From NCBI GenBank assembly GCA_017460515.1, contig JAFUAY010000022.1:14945-78944 (forward strand): a stretch of 64,000 nucleotides of DNA, read 5' to 3'. This document shows, piece after piece, positions 29,582 to 42,597 of the stretch (position 1 is the stretch's first letter; the number at the start of each line of letters is the position of its first letter). The notes beneath the pieces are model-generated. The model was given only the letters and a program-made list of their open reading frames with translations, had not been told where the DNA came from and did no database searches. The stretch is from Prevotella sp. (GTDB lineage: Bacteria; Bacteroidota; Bacteroidia; Bacteroidales; Bacteroidaceae). The position numbers and the translations under genes are program-made.

Positions 29582-29609
29582 TCAACGGAATATCGTAATA
29601 ACGAAATAA

Positions 29610-31253
<1,644 letters not shown>

Positions 31254-31279
31254 TCAGCATGCATTCGTCAAAAAACAAG

Positions 31280-31313
31280 AGAGATGTGCCAAAATGACAC
31301 ATCTCTTTTTTTT
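31280..31313 (+). terminator. Rho-independent terminator of groESL
   Basis: AGAGATGTG...CACATCTCT stem followed by a T-run. Confidence 0.85.
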
Positions 31314-31458
31314 AGCGCCCTCTAAATCCGCTGAGCCTCTCTAATCAAGGCTGAGCCCTATTTATGCGTACCCCTACTGATTATCTACTGAGCCCTAATC
31401 ACGGAAAAGAGAAAAGAAAAATCGCAAGTGCTTAGTTCAGCTACTTGCGACCATTCTG

Positions 31459-31529
31459 TTGGGGTACCCGGACTCGAACCAGGAAAGGCAGGACCAGAAT
31501 CTGCAGTGTTACCATTACACCATACCCCA
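31459..31529 (-). tRNA. tRNA-Gln (anticodon CTG)
   Basis: TGGGGTATGGTGTAATGGTAACACTGCAGATTCTGGTCCTGCCTTTCCTGGTTCGAGTCCGGGTACCCCAA folds as a cloverleaf; upstream TACCTTTG promoter (31570-31577, minus) and downstream hairpin TCGCAAGT/ACTTGCGA. Confidence 0.97.
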
Positions 31530-31798
31530 ATTCCATTCTGCAATCAGAATCTCTTCCGTTTTGCGGGTGCAAAGGTAGTACTTTTTCGGGAACTGACAAA
31601 ATTTTTCCAAACTTTTTTTAATAAAAAGGCAAAAAAAGTCAATCTGACCATTTTTCTTCATGTATTTCGTTCGGCATTTCATATCTTTTCGCTCTTTGGG
31701 CGAGAAGATACTCCGTCTCAACAAAAAAAGAAACAAGTTTCTTTGTTATGTGCTCGACTTTTCGTATCTTTGCACCCATTATAATACATATTTATTGA

Positions 31799-32158
31799 AT
31801 GGAAGCAACAAAACAGTTAGTACAAACTATTATCAAAGGTATACAGGAAAAGAAAGGAAGTAATATTGTAGTAGCCGATCTGAATGGTATAGACGGTACC
31901 ATCTGTCGTTATTTTGTTATCTGCCAGGGCGGCTCACCGACTCAGGTTGATGCTATTACCGACTCTATTGGTGAAACTGTCCGTAAAGAACTGAACGAGA
32001 AACCGGTCCACGTGGTGGGAAGAGAGAATGCGCAGTGGATAGCGATGGACTATACCGATGCGCTCGTACATGTATTCCTGCCCGATGTTCGCGAGTACTA
32101 TGACCTGGAACATCTTTGGGACGACGCCAAGCTTACGTATATCCCAGACTTAGATTGA
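31799..32158 (+). CDS. rsfS: Ribosome silencing factor
   Basis: IQEKKGSNIVVADL, YFVICQG, WIAMDY, REYYDLEHLW. Confidence 0.95.
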   Translation: MEATKQLVQTIIKGIQEKKGSNIVVADLNGIDGTICRYFVICQGGSPTQVDAITDSIGETVRKELNEKPVHVVGRENAQWIAMDYTDALVHVFLPDVREYYDLEHLWDDAKLTYIPDLD

Positions 32159-32192
32159 TATTGCAGACTTAGACTAACATAACAGACTTAGA
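32145..32192 (+). repeat. Three direct repeats of CAGACTTAGA with 19-bp period
   Basis: Copies at 32145-32154, 32164-32173 and 32183-32192, between the rsfS stop and the ftsH start. Confidence 0.85.
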
Positions 32193-32200
32193 CTCACTAC

Positions 32201-34243
32201 ATGGAACAAAAGAATCCGAAAGACCCTAATAACGGGCCAAAGATGAATATGCCCAAGTTCAATATGAACTGGATTTACTTCCTTGTCATTGCGACCCTGC
32301 TGACATTGTATTTTACAAATGAAGGCAACACAGTCCAAACCTCCCCTACTGTTGAGACATCTTACACCGATTTCCAAGGATATATGGATAAGGGATATGT
32401 GTCACGACTGGTAGTCAACAAGACCGATGGAACCGTTAAGATGTACGTGAAGCCCGAGAACATCCGCGACGTATTCAAGAAAGGGGCCAATCAAGTAGGC
32501 ACTGACCCATTTGTTAGCATCGAGATAGGCAGCCTGGAGAAATTTGAAACATTTGTCGAACAGAAGCGTGCTGAAGAGAAATTCAGCGGCAAAGTGGCTT
32601 ACGAGACGGATCGTGGCGGATTCCTTTCCAACCTATTCTGGAGCGTATTCCCCTTCCTGCTGATTATTGGAATCTGGGTTCTGCTGATGCGTCGCATGGG
32701 CGGTGGCGGAATGGGCAGTGGCATGGGCGGTATCTTCAATGTGGGTAAGAGCCGTGCGAAAATGTACGAGAAGGGAGGCGAACTAGGCATCACCTTCAAG
32801 GATGTGGCTGGTCAGGCAGGTGCCAAACAGGAGATTCAGGAGATTGTAGAGTTTCTGAAGAATCCTCAGAAATACACCGATCTGGGAGGTAAGATACCCA
32901 AGGGAGCCCTGCTGGTAGGTCCTCCGGGAACTGGTAAGACGCTATTGGCAAAGGCTGTTGCTGGTGAGGCTGGTGTACCGTTCTTCTCGATGTCGGGTTC
33001 CGATTTCGTCGAGATGTTCGTAGGCGTAGGTGCCTCACGAGTTCGCGACCTTTTCTCTCAGGCTAAGGAGAAATCACCTTGTATCATTTTCATCGATGAG
33101 ATTGATGCTGTAGGACGTGCCCGCTCGAAGAATCCAGCAATGGGTGGTAATGATGAGCGCGAGAATACGCTGAATGCCCTACTTACTGAGATGGACGGCT
33201 TTGGCACGAACAGCGGTGTCATCATTCTGGCAGCCACCAACCGGGCTGATATGCTCGACTCCGCCCTTCTGCGCGCAGGTCGCTTTGATCGTCAGATTCA
33301 CGTCGACCTGCCCGACCTCAACGAACGTAAGGAAGTATTCCAAGTTCATCTGAAGCCCATCAAGATTGACGAGACTGTCGACATTGATTTCCTGGCCCGT
33401 CAGACACCTGGTTTCTCAGGAGCAGATATTGCAAATGTGTGTAACGAGGCTGCACTGATTGCAGCCCGCCATGATAGTCCTACGGTAGGCAAGCAGGACT
33501 TTCTCGATGCCGTCGACCGCATCATTGGAGGTCTGGAGAAGAAGACAAAGGTGATGACCGAAGCCGAGAAGAAGTCGATAGCCATCCATGAGGCTGGCCA
33601 CGCCACAATCTCATGGTTTACTGAATATGCCAATCCATTGGTGAAGGTATCCATCGTACCTCGTGGTCAGGCGCTGGGTGCTGCCTGGTATTTGCCTGAA
33701 GAGCGCGTGCTGCAGACGAAAGAAGCCATGCTCGACGAGATGTGTTCACTCTTGGGCGGACGTGCTGCCGAAGAACTATTCATCGGACATATCTCCACTG
33801 GAGCTATGAACGACCTGGAGCGCACCACGAAGCAGGCTTACGGTATGGTGGCCTACGCCGGTATGAGCGAGCAACTGCCCAACCTCTGTTATTACAACAA
33901 TGCCGAATATCAGTTCCAGCGTCCTTACTCTGAGACAACAGCCAAGATTATGGATGACGAGGTACTGAAGATGGTGAACGAGCAATACAATCGTGCCAAG
34001 CAGATACTCACGGAACATAAAGACGGACATGCTCAATTGGCACAGTTGCTCATTGAGCGCGAGGTAATCTTTGCTGAGGATGTGGAGCGCATCTTTGGCA
34101 AGCGTCCCTGGACAAGTCGAAGCGAAGAATTGCTGGAAGCCCAGATGCGCGCTGACGCAGAACGTATGGCTGAGGAGCGTGCCAAACAACTAGAGGCAGA
34201 AAACAAACAGTTGGAAACGAAAGAAGAAAATCAATCAGAATAA
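32201..34243 (+). CDS. ftsH: ATP-dependent zinc metalloprotease FtsH
   Basis: Two N-terminal TMs, [27 protein letters not shown] zinc motif. Confidence 0.98.
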   Translation: MEQKNPKDPNNGPKMNMPKFNMNWIYFLVIATLLTLYFTNEGNTVQTSPTVETSYTDFQGYMDKGYVSRLVVNKTDGTVKMYVKPENIRDVFKKGANQVGTDPFVSIEIGSLEKFETFVEQKRAEEKFSGKVAYETDRGGFLSNLFWSVFPFLLIIGIWVLLMRRMGGGGMGSGMGGIFNVGKSRAKMYEKGGELGITFKDVAGQAGAKQEIQEIVEFLKNPQKYTDLGGKIPKGALLVGPPGTGKTLLAKAVAGEAGVPFFSMSGSDFVEMFVGVGASRVRDLFSQAKEKSPCIIFIDEIDAVGRARSKNPAMGGNDERENTLNALLTEMDGFGTNSGVIILAATNRADMLDSALLRAGRFDRQIHVDLPDLNERKEVFQVHLKPIKIDETVDIDFLARQTPGFSGADIANVCNEAALIAARHDSPTVGKQDFLDAVDRIIGGLEKKTKVMTEAEKKSIAIHEAGHATISWFTEYANPLVKVSIVPRGQALGAAWYLPEERVLQTKEAMLDEMCSLLGGRAAEELFIGHISTGAMNDLERTTKQAYGMVAYAGMSEQLPNLCYYNNAEYQFQRPYSETTAKIMDDEVLKMVNEQYNRAKQILTEHKDGHAQLAQLLIEREVIFAEDVERIFGKRPWTSRSEELLEAQMRADAERMAEERAKQLEAENKQLETKEENQSE

Positions 34244-34244
34244 T

Positions 34245-35093
34245 ATGAACAATTTCATTGTCAGAACCATTACAGGCGTGTTCTTCGTAGCCGCCATCGT
34301 CACCTGTTTCCTGAATCCACGAGCAATGGCATTGCTCTTCGGACTTGTGACAGGCATGACCATTTGGGAGTTTGCCGGATTGGTTAACCAACGTCCTGCC
34401 GTTACCATCAATCGGCTGATCACCACTATCGCAGGCGTCTACCTGTTCTTTGCGATGGCAGGCTATAACAGCGGTATCACCCCTTCGAGCGTGTTCATCC
34501 CTTACCTGGTGAGCATCATCTATTTGATGGTGGCTGAACTGTACCTGAAGGCTGAAGACCCGATCCACAACTGGGCCTACACGATGATGTCACAGCTGTA
34601 TATCGCCCTTCCGTTCTCATTGCTCAACGTACTGGCATTCCGTCAGAACGGTGCAGCAATCACCTATTCTTATCTGATGCCCCTCTCCGTGTTCGTGTTC
34701 CTATGGATGAACGATACGGGTGCCTACCTGTGCGGTTCGCTGCTGGGCAAGCACAAACTGTTCCCTCGCATTTCTCCGGGCAAGACCTGGGAGGGCAGCA
34801 TTGGTGGCGGCATTCTGGTAATGGCTATTGCCGTAGGTGTATATTATCTTACAGAGCAATACGGTGTCAATGACAGCGGACTGACGGCTATCCAGTGGGC
34901 AGGGCTCGGTCTAACCGTTGTAGTATTCGGTACCTGGGGTGACCTGATTGAGAGTCTGTTCAAGCGCACACTCGGCATCAAGGACAGCGGCAACGTGCTG
35001 CCTGGTCATGGTGGCATGCTCGACCGTTTCGATTCATCACTGCTGGCCATTCCTGCCGTCGTGGTGTATCTCTACACGCTGTCACTCTTCTAA
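34245..35093 (+). CDS. cdsA: Phosphatidate cytidylyltransferase
   Basis: NDTGAYLCG, ISPGKTWEG, GDLIESLFKRTLGIKDSGNVLPGHGGMLDRFDS. Confidence 0.96.
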   Translation: MNNFIVRTITGVFFVAAIVTCFLNPRAMALLFGLVTGMTIWEFAGLVNQRPAVTINRLITTIAGVYLFFAMAGYNSGITPSSVFIPYLVSIIYLMVAELYLKAEDPIHNWAYTMMSQLYIALPFSLLNVLAFRQNGAAITYSYLMPLSVFVFLWMNDTGAYLCGSLLGKHKLFPRISPGKTWEGSIGGGILVMAIAVGVYYLTEQYGVNDSGLTAIQWAGLGLTVVVFGTWGDLIESLFKRTLGIKDSGNVLPGHGGMLDRFDSSLLAIPAVVVYLYTLSLF

Positions 35094-35160
35094 GCTCAAC
35101 TCCATATCTAATCATATCTATCATTTTCCATCTTTCATCTATAGCTAAGCTCTCATTTAC

Positions 35161-35955
35161 ATGCGTCCCCTGATATTGATTTCAAACGATGACGGCTACC
35201 AGGCCAAGGGCATCAACGAACTGGTGAAGATGCTGCGCCCACTGGCAGACATCCTGGTGTGTGCGCCAGATGCTGCCCGTTCCGGCTTCTCGTGTGCATT
35301 CTCAGCCACCACCCCACTGCGTCTCACCCTTCATCATCAAGAAGAAGGACTGCAGATTTGGTCGAGCAACGGCACACCTGTCGACTGTGTCAAACTGGCA
35401 CTGTCACAGCTCCTTGACGGACGCCGCCCTGATATGGTTGTTGGTGGCATCAATCATGGCGACAATGCTTCAGTGAACGCTCACTATAGCGGAACGATGG
35501 GAGTCGTGCTCGAAGGCTGTATGAAATACATCCCTTCCGTAGCCTTCTCGCTGTGCGACCATCATGAGGATGCCGACTTTGAACCGCTGCGGCCTTACGT
35601 GGAGAAGGTTTCAAAGTACGTTCTGGAACATGGACTACCCAAGGGTGTATGCCTGAATGTAAACTTCCCCAAACAGGGCGAGGCTGAAGGGTTCCGAACG
35701 GTTCACGGGGCTTATCGTGGTGTACGTGTCTGCCGCATGGCCTACGGCTCATGGAACAACGAGATAACCACTTGCCATCATCCACGGGGTTACGACTATT
35801 ACTGGATGGTGGGCCACTATAGTGACAATGAGCCCGAAGCTCAAGAGACAGATAGTTGGGCACTCGATCACGGCTATGTGGCTATCACTCCTACCCACAT
35901 CGACATTACTGCCTACGAAGCTTTTGAGCTACTCCGCTCATCTCTTGGCGAATAA
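35161..35955 (+). CDS. surE: 5'/3'-nucleotidase SurE
   Basis: ILISNDDGY, GTPVDCV, GGINHGDN, YSGTMG. Confidence 0.96.
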   Translation: MRPLILISNDDGYQAKGINELVKMLRPLADILVCAPDAARSGFSCAFSATTPLRLTLHHQEEGLQIWSSNGTPVDCVKLALSQLLDGRRPDMVVGGINHGDNASVNAHYSGTMGVVLEGCMKYIPSVAFSLCDHHEDADFEPLRPYVEKVSKYVLEHGLPKGVCLNVNFPKQGEAEGFRTVHGAYRGVRVCRMAYGSWNNEITTCHHPRGYDYYWMVGHYSDNEPEAQETDSWALDHGYVAITPTHIDITAYEAFELLRSSLGE

Positions 35956-36016
35956 TCTGTATTTGATCAGTATTCTCTCAACTAAAGTCTCTTAACGCTA
36001 AACTCTCAATCCTCAA

Positions 36017-37171
36017 TTGCGCTACTACCTCATTGCAGGCGAAGCTTCAGGCGACCTGCACGCCTCTCATCTGATGAAGTCGCTTCAGCTGACTGACCCC
36101 CAGGCATCATTTCGTTTCTTTGGTGGCGATATGATGGCTGCCGTTGGCGGAACGTTGGTAAAGCATTATCGCGAACTGGCCTATATGGGGTTCGTCCCCG
36201 TGCTGTTGCACTTGCCCACTATCCTACGCAATATGAAGATGTGTAAGCAGGACATTCGCCAGTGGAAGCCCGATGTAGTAATTCTGGTTGACTATCCAGG
36301 CTTTAATCTCAGCATCGCCCAGTATGTGCATGCCGAAGGTATCTGTCCCGTCTATTACTATATCTCTCCGAAGATTTGGGCTTGGAAGGAGTATCGCATC
36401 AAGAATATCCGTCGCGATGTCGACAAGCTGTTCTCAATCCTGCCGTTCGAGGTTGACTTCTTCGAGAAGAAACACCACTACCCCATCCATTACGTTGGCA
36501 ATCCCACCGCCAGCGAGGTGAAGGCTTTCCGTGAGGGTTACCAAGATACGTTCAGCGATTTCTGCGCAAAGAACGACCTGGATCCCCAGAAGCCCATCAT
36601 TGCACTGCTGGCAGGCTCACGTCGTCAGGAAATCAAAGACAACCTGCCTACGATGATGCAGGTAGGCAGCCAGTTTAGCGATTATCAGCTGGTATTGGCG
36701 GGTGCGCCCAGCATCGATGATGCTTATTACGCCCGTTTCCTGCAGTCGCCTACTGCTCCAGGCAATGTTCATCTTGTAAAGAATCAGACCTACGCGCTAT
36801 TGTCGCATGCCCATGCAGCCCTGGTGACCAGCGGAACAGCCACGCTCGAAACAGCTCTTTTCCGTGTGCCACAAGTGGTATGCTACGAGACACCCCTGCC
36901 CCGCCTCATTGGTTGGCTGCGCAAGAAGGTGCTGAACGTGAAGTATATCTCACTTGTTGATTTGGTGGCAGATGCCGAGGTGGTGAAGGAGTTGGTTGCC
37001 GATACTTTCAAGCCCGAACTCATTCGTCAGGAGCTACAAGCCATTCTGAGTGGTGAACTCCGTAATCGCATGCTTGAAGGCTACGAAGAGGTGAGCCGTC
37101 GCTTAGGCACACTTCAAGCCCCCGACGAAGCAGCACGACTCATCACCGGCTATCTTCAATCGAGGGCTTGA
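36017..37171 (+). CDS. lpxB: Lipid-A-disaccharide synthase
   Basis: IAGEASGDLH, VDYPGFN, YISPKIWAW, ILPFE, GSRRQEI, TSGTATLE; TTG start. Confidence 0.96.
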   Translation: MRYYLIAGEASGDLHASHLMKSLQLTDPQASFRFFGGDMMAAVGGTLVKHYRELAYMGFVPVLLHLPTILRNMKMCKQDIRQWKPDVVILVDYPGFNLSIAQYVHAEGICPVYYYISPKIWAWKEYRIKNIRRDVDKLFSILPFEVDFFEKKHHYPIHYVGNPTASEVKAFREGYQDTFSDFCAKNDLDPQKPIIALLAGSRRQEIKDNLPTMMQVGSQFSDYQLVLAGAPSIDDAYYARFLQSPTAPGNVHLVKNQTYALLSHAHAALVTSGTATLETALFRVPQVVCYETPLPRLIGWLRKKVLNVKYISLVDLVADAEVVKELVADTFKPELIRQELQAILSGELRNRMLEGYEEVSRRLGTLQAPDEAARLITGYLQSRA

Positions 37172-37228
37172 CGATTCTTATCAACGAAATCGAGGACTTG
37201 ACGCTTTTCCGCTCGTTTCCTTTCCTTT

Positions 37229-38266
37229 TTAGATGAGAGGCATGCCCAGCTCGCGACACTCGCGACGCATGTCGTCTGGCCAGATAGACGCCTGTATCTC
37301 ACCGATATGAGCTTTCTGTAGCAGCACCATGCAGAGACGGCTCTGTCCGATACCGCCGCCAATGCTAAGTGGCAGTCGGTCGTTCAACAGTTGCTGATGG
37401 AAATAGAGCTGTTCACGCTCTTCCTTACCCTCCAACTGCAACTGACGCAGCAGCGCCTCCTTGTCGACACGGATACCCATTGAAGAGAGTTCGAACGAAC
37501 GGCCCAGCACGGGATACCAGATCAGGATATCACCATTGAGCCCCTTACGCCCGTCTTCAGCCACCGTTGTCCAGTCATCATAGTCAGGTGCTCGTCCGTC
37601 GTGCTTCTCGCCATTGGCCAGTTTACCACCGATACCAATGATGAACACAGCTCCATATTTCTCACAGATAGCATCCTCGCGCTCCTTCGGAGTCTTATCA
37701 GGATACATCTGCAGCAGTTCTTCAGCATGAATGAAATGGATCTGTTCAGGCAGGAAGGGCTTGATTTGCGGATAGGTCTCACACACCAGATACTCCGTAC
37801 GACGGATGGCAGCGTAGATGCGCTCCACGATATTTTTCAAGAAGCAGACTGTGCGCTGTTCCTTCGTAATCACAGCCTCCCAGTCCCACTGGTCAACATA
37901 GAGCGAGTGCAGGTTGTCCAGTTCCTCGTCAGCACGGATCGCGTTCATGTCGGTATATATACCATATCCAGGCTCAATCTCGTATTCAGCCAGCGAGAGG
38001 CGCTTCCATTTTGCCAGCGAATGAACGACCTCGGCACGCGCATCGCCCAAATCCTTGATGGGGAAGGTTACGGCGCGCTCCACTCCGTTCAGGTCATCGT
38101 TGATACCCAAACCCTGCAACACAAACAGCGGGGCCGTCACACGGCGCAGACGCAGTTCGGTAGAGAGATTTTGTTGAAAAAACTCCTTGATAAGCTTGAT
38201 ACCCTGTTCGGTTTGCTTCGTATCCAATAGCGGACGATAGCCTACTGGTTTTATCAATTTACCCAT
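37229..38266 (-). CDS. asnA: Aspartate--ammonia ligase
   Basis: NDDLNGVER, EVVHSLAKWKR, HSLYVDQWDWE, HDGRAPDYDDW, GGGIGQSR; start moved to MGKLIK. Confidence 0.97.
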   Translation of the reverse strand: MGKLIKPVGYRPLLDTKQTEQGIKLIKEFFQQNLSTELRLRRVTAPLFVLQGLGINDDLNGVERAVTFPIKDLGDARAEVVHSLAKWKRLSLAEYEIEPGYGIYTDMNAIRADEELDNLHSLYVDQWDWEAVITKEQRTVCFLKNIVERIYAAIRRTEYLVCETYPQIKPFLPEQIHFIHAEELLQMYPDKTPKEREDAICEKYGAVFIIGIGGKLANGEKHDGRAPDYDDWTTVAEDGRKGLNGDILIWYPVLGRSFELSSMGIRVDKEALLRQLQLEGKEEREQLYFHQQLLNDRLPLSIGGGIGQSRLCMVLLQKAHIGEIQASIWPDDMRRECRELGMPLI

Positions 38267-38501
38267 ATCAGAAATACCTTTTGTTTCAAAAATTTCGTGC
38301 AAAGGTAGCAATTATTTACTAAACAGCAAGATTTTTTGTTATTTATTTTACAAAATGATAGATTTTTTGATTTTTTCTTTTCCTTTTGGTTTCAATCACC
38401 ATTTTTATTCAAAATGAAGAAAAATTGGCTTTTCCTTTGTATTGCTCTCGTTTTTTCGTACCTTTGCACCCACTTTTCGAAAAGATTTAATTTTTATAGC
38501 A

Positions 38502-41168
38502 ATGATGACTGCAAAAGAAATCCGCGACTCATACAAGAAATTCTTCGAGTCGAAAGGACACGCCATTGTGCCTTCTGCACCAATGGTGATTAAGGACGAC
38601 CCGACGCTGATGTTTACCAACGCGGGCATGAATCAGTGGAAAGATATTATATTAGGTACGCGCGACCCAGAGCCACGCCGCCGTGCCGACACACAGAAGT
38701 GTCTGCGCGTGAGCGGTAAGCACAACGACTTGGAGGAGGTAGGCCACGACACCTACCACCACACCATGTTCGAGATGCTGGGCAACTGGAGCTTTGGCGA
38801 CTACTTCAAGGAAGGTGCCATCGATATGGCTTGGGAGTATCTCGTAGACGTGCTGAAGCTGAACCCAGAGGACCTCTACGTGACGGTGTTCGAGGGCGAC
38901 CCCAAGGAGGGTCTGGAGCGCGACGACGAGGCTGCCGGCTACTGGTTGAAGCATGTGCCTGCCGATCATATCATCAACGGCAACAAGCACGACAATTTCT
39001 GGGAAATGGGCGATACGGGTCCCTGCGGTCCTTGCTCTGAGATTCACGTTGACAGTCGTACTCCTGAGCAGAAGGCTGCCAGCGGAAAGAGCGGTCGCGA
39101 GCTGGTGAATCAGGACGATCCACAGGTCATCGAGATCTGGAACCTCGTGTTCATGCAGTACAACCGCAAGGCTGACGGTTCGCTGGAGAAGCTCTCTATG
39201 AACGTGATCGATACGGGCATGGGCTTCGAGCGCCTCGTCCGCATGATGCAGGGCAAGCACTCAAACTACGATACCGACGTGTTCCAGCCCATCATCAAGG
39301 CTGAACAGCAGATTACAGGACTGAAATACACCACCTTCGAGGAAGAAACTGTTAATCCTATCAGCAAGGAGCAGGACGACATCAACGTCGCCATGCGTGT
39401 TTGTGCCGACCACCTGCGTGCTGTGGCCTTCTCGATTGCCGATGGTCAGCTGCCATCGAATGCGAAGGCTGGCTACGTCATTCGTCGTATCCTGCGCCGC
39501 GCCGTACGCTACGCCTACACGTTCCTGGGTCAGAAAGAGGCCTTCCTCTACAAGCTCCTGCCTACCCTCGTTGAGGAGATGGGTGACGCTTTCCCAGAGT
39601 TGAAGGCTCAGCAGCAGCTTATCGCCAAGGTGATGAAGGAAGAAGAGGATTCGTTCCTGCGCACCCTTGAAAAGGGCATCCAGCTGCTCGACAAAGCTAT
39701 GGAACAGCTCAAGTCAGAAGGAAAGACCGAGCTCGATGGTGTTCAGGCTTTCCGTCTCTTCGACACCTACGGATTCCCTCTCGACCTCACCGAGCTGATT
39801 TGTCGCGAGAACGGCTTCACTGTCAACGAGGAGCAGTTCAATGTGGAGATGCAGAAGCAGAAGGAGCGCGCCCGCAACGCTGCTGCCGTTGAGAATAGTG
39901 ACTGGGTAGAGCTGAAAGCTGGCGAACAGCAGTTCGTGGGCTACGACTACTCTGAATATGAGTGCGAGATACTGCGCTACCGCAAGGTCACCCAGAAGAA
40001 GAACGAGTTCTATGAGATTGTGCTGTCTGCCACCCCGTTCTATGGTGAGATGGGTGGACAGGTAGGCGACTGCGGTGTGCTGGTCAGCGAGACAGAGACC
40101 ATCGAGGTCATCGACTCGAAGCGCGAGAACGGCCAGACCGTTCATATCGTGAAGCAGTTGCCGAAGGAGCCCACAGCTCCCTTCATGGCTTGTGTAGATA
40201 CCGACAAGCGCGACGCTTCGGCAGCCAATCATACCGCTACCCACCTCCTGGATTATGCTTTGAAACAGGTGCTGGGCGACCATGTGGAGCAGAAGGGCTC
40301 GTTTGTCTCTCCCGATACCCTGCGTTTCGACTTCTCCCACTTCGAGAAGGTCAGCGACGAGCAGTTGCGTGAGGTGGAGCGCATGGTTAACGACATGATC
40401 CGTCAGGACCTGCCCCGCGACGAGCACCGCGACATGCCGATGGAAGAAGCCAAGAAGCTGGGCGCCATTGCCCTCTTTGGCGAGAAGTATGGCGACAAGG
40501 TGCGCGTGATGCGCTTCGGTCCTTCATGTGAGCTCTGCGGTGGTATCCACGCCACCTCAACAGGTCGCATCGGCTTCTTCAAGATCATCTCTGAAAGCTC
40601 AGTGGCAGCCGGCATCCGCCGTATCGAGGCCAAGACAGGCAAGGAGTGCGAAGAACTGCTCTATCAGACTGAGGACATGCTGAAAGCCGTAAAGGCCTTC
40701 TTCAACAACGCCAAGGATCTGCAGGCCGTTATCCAGAACTATATCAAGGAGCACGACTCGATGAAGAAGGAGATTGAAAGCTTCCAGGCACAGGCCGTTG
40801 AGCGTGTTGCCCAGAAGCTGGTGGAGACAGCCCGCACCATCAATGGTGTGACAGTCATTGCCAATGTCATTCCCATGGCTCCTGCCGCTGCCAAGGACCT
40901 TGCCTTCAAGGTTCGTGCCGCTGTCGAGGGCTCACTGCTCTGCGTCATTGGTTCTCACGACAACCAGAAGCCTCAGCTCACCATCATGATGAGCGACGAT
41001 ATGGTCAGCGATCACAGCCTGAATGCCGGCCAGATGGTGCGCGAAGCCGCTAAGCTCATCCAGGGCGGTGGCGGTGGTCAGCCTCACTTCGCACAGGCAG
41101 GCGGTAAGAACACCGATGGTCTCAGCGCCGCTGTCGACAAGGTATTGGAGTTGGCAAACCTGAAGTAA
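38502..41168 (+). CDS. alaS: Alanine--tRNA ligase
   Basis: [55 protein letters not shown]. Confidence 0.99.
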   Translation: MMTAKEIRDSYKKFFESKGHAIVPSAPMVIKDDPTLMFTNAGMNQWKDIILGTRDPEPRRRADTQKCLRVSGKHNDLEEVGHDTYHHTMFEMLGNWSFGDYFKEGAIDMAWEYLVDVLKLNPEDLYVTVFEGDPKEGLERDDEAAGYWLKHVPADHIINGNKHDNFWEMGDTGPCGPCSEIHVDSRTPEQKAASGKSGRELVNQDDPQVIEIWNLVFMQYNRKADGSLEKLSMNVIDTGMGFERLVRMMQGKHSNYDTDVFQPIIKAEQQITGLKYTTFEEETVNPISKEQDDINVAMRVCADHLRAVAFSIADGQLPSNAKAGYVIRRILRRAVRYAYTFLGQKEAFLYKLLPTLVEEMGDAFPELKAQQQLIAKVMKEEEDSFLRTLEKGIQLLDKAMEQLKSEGKTELDGVQAFRLFDTYGFPLDLTELICRENGFTVNEEQFNVEMQKQKERARNAAAVENSDWVELKAGEQQFVGYDYSEYECEILRYRKVTQKKNEFYEIVLSATPFYGEMGGQVGDCGVLVSETETIEVIDSKRENGQTVHIVKQLPKEPTAPFMACVDTDKRDASAANHTATHLLDYALKQVLGDHVEQKGSFVSPDTLRFDFSHFEKVSDEQLREVERMVNDMIRQDLPRDEHRDMPMEEAKKLGAIALFGEKYGDKVRVMRFGPSCELCGGIHATSTGRIGFFKIISESSVAAGIRRIEAKTGKECEELLYQTEDMLKAVKAFFNNAKDLQAVIQNYIKEHDSMKKEIESFQAQAVERVAQKLVETARTINGVTVIANVIPMAPAAAKDLAFKVRAAVEGSLLCVIGSHDNQKPQLTIMMSDDMVSDHSLNAGQMVREAAKLIQGGGGGQPHFAQAGGKNTDGLSAAVDKVLELANLK

Positions 41169-41192
41169 GTTATTCCAACTTTTCACATAACA

Positions 41193-41228
41193 AAGAGGAT
41201 GCATCCACGCGGTGCATCCTCTTGTTTT
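41193..41228. terminator. Rho-independent terminator between convergent alaS and dacB
   Basis: AAGAGGATGCA...TGCATCCTCTT stem plus T-rich tail. Confidence 0.85.
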
Positions 41229-41249
41229 TATCGGAAGTCAAACGCAAAC

Positions 41250-42476
41250 TTACTCCCCTGCCCCACTGCAGAGCAGCACGCAGATTTTATCCTGGAAAGT
41301 GCGGGCGGCACGGGCACTCATCATGCTCTGGTTGATAATGGTGAAGCAGAGCTCATGACCATTGGGAGCGGTGAGATAACCTGCGAGCGAGATGACGCCA
41401 GTCAGCGTGCCCGTCTTTGCCTTCACATTACCCTCGGCAGGTGTTTTCTTCATACGCTTCTTCAGTGTTCCGTCTTGTCCGGCAACAGGCAACGAGGGCA
41501 GCAGATGGGCGTAGATGTCGGGAGTATGCCAGGCATAGCGCAAGAGCATGGTGAGCAGCTCTGCCGAGACGTAGTTATAAAGCGATAGTCCACTGCCGTC
41601 GGCAAAGCGGAACTGATCGATATTGAGTCCCAGGTGGGTGACCAACTGTTTCTCCAGTGTGCGAGCATGCGAAGCGTGTGCAGGGCGCAGTCCGAAGCTA
41701 GCCGCCAACTGGTAGTAGAGACACTCAGCGTAGTAGTTGTCGCTCTCCTTCATCATGCGCAACAGCAGCTGGTCGATAGAGTGTCGGCAGCTGGTCAGGG
41801 GGATTGCATCCATTGGCGGACGGTCTTCGAAGAGTGTGAGGCTATCAATGGTGATGCCCGCCCGTATCAGTTCGTCGATAAAGATATCAGCGAAATAAGG
41901 ACTTCGCCCCACCTGCAGGGCATAGAGCGGCGGGTTGTCGTCGTCCCAGCACCATCCCTCACCCCAACGCAGGGTGTCCTTCATAGAATTATCGGTAACG
42001 ATTGAGCCTCGCAGCGTGTCGACGCCCATCTGCCGCACCCGTTCCACGAAGTCGCGCACGTCGCTTTGGCTAAACATCGGATCCATGCCGCCTACGCAGT
42101 AGAGACTGCCCGTCAGCGTAGCGTTCTTCACCTCGCCTGTATAATATAAAGAGGTGGAAAGCTGGTAGTTGCCGCCCAGTCTGTTCAGTGCCGTCACAGC
42201 CGTTACCACCTTCATCGTAGAGGCTGGTCGCATGGACTGTCGGTGATTAAAGGTATAGATCGCACTGTCGGCTGTGAGGTCATAGATCATCAGTCCCAAC
42301 TGCGACGTCTGCAGCAGCTCGTCGACTGCAACGATTGAATCCAACTGCACCTGCACGTTCTGAGGCCAGGGCAGCTGCACTATGCTATCCGTCGCTTCGC
42401 CAATGGACTGTTCTTCCTGTGCGAAGCCTGTCAGCGAGGTGATGACGGAAAAGAGGAAAAAGAGTAATCGTCTCAT
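41250..42476 (-). CDS. dacB: D-alanyl-D-alanine carboxypeptidase/endopeptidase (PBP4, S13)
   Basis: PASTMK (SxxK), SDN, DGSGLS, AKTGTL; signal peptide from MRRLL. Confidence 0.93.
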   Translation of the reverse strand: MRRLLFFLFSVITSLTGFAQEEQSIGEATDSIVQLPWPQNVQVQLDSIVAVDELLQTSQLGLMIYDLTADSAIYTFNHRQSMRPASTMKVVTAVTALNRLGGNYQLSTSLYYTGEVKNATLTGSLYCVGGMDPMFSQSDVRDFVERVRQMGVDTLRGSIVTDNSMKDTLRWGEGWCWDDDNPPLYALQVGRSPYFADIFIDELIRAGITIDSLTLFEDRPPMDAIPLTSCRHSIDQLLLRMMKESDNYYAECLYYQLAASFGLRPAHASHARTLEKQLVTHLGLNIDQFRFADGSGLSLYNYVSAELLTMLLRYAWHTPDIYAHLLPSLPVAGQDGTLKKRMKKTPAEGNVKAKTGTLTGVISLAGYLTAPNGHELCFTIINQSMMSARAARTFQDKICVLLCSGAGE

Positions 42477-42597
42477 AACTGAATGCAAAAATACTACTTT
42501 TTTAGGGAAAAGTGAATAGGTGAAAGTGAAAATTTTGCTCTCGTAATGATTTTATTGACAATAATTTCGTATTTTTGCAGCGTAATTAATTTTGACA

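Noticed and set aside
31316-31400. Degenerate CTGAGCC repeats after groEL, and low-complexity heptamer-like spacers at 35094-35160, 35975-36016 and 42508-42535
   Set aside because: Short degenerate simple repeats typical of Prevotella intergenic DNA; no evidence of a distinct function
31459-31529. tRNA-Gln as an integration site
   Set aside because: Flanked by core genes (groEL, rsfS); no integrase or duplicated tRNA 3' end seen
31428-31784. 118-aa plus-strand ORF and 73-aa minus-strand ORF
   Set aside because: They overlap the tRNA-Gln gene and AT-rich promoter DNA; spurious
32145-32192. Possible CRISPR-like repeat-spacer array
   Set aside because: 10-bp repeats and 9-bp spacers are far too short; kept only as a regulatory-repeat candidate
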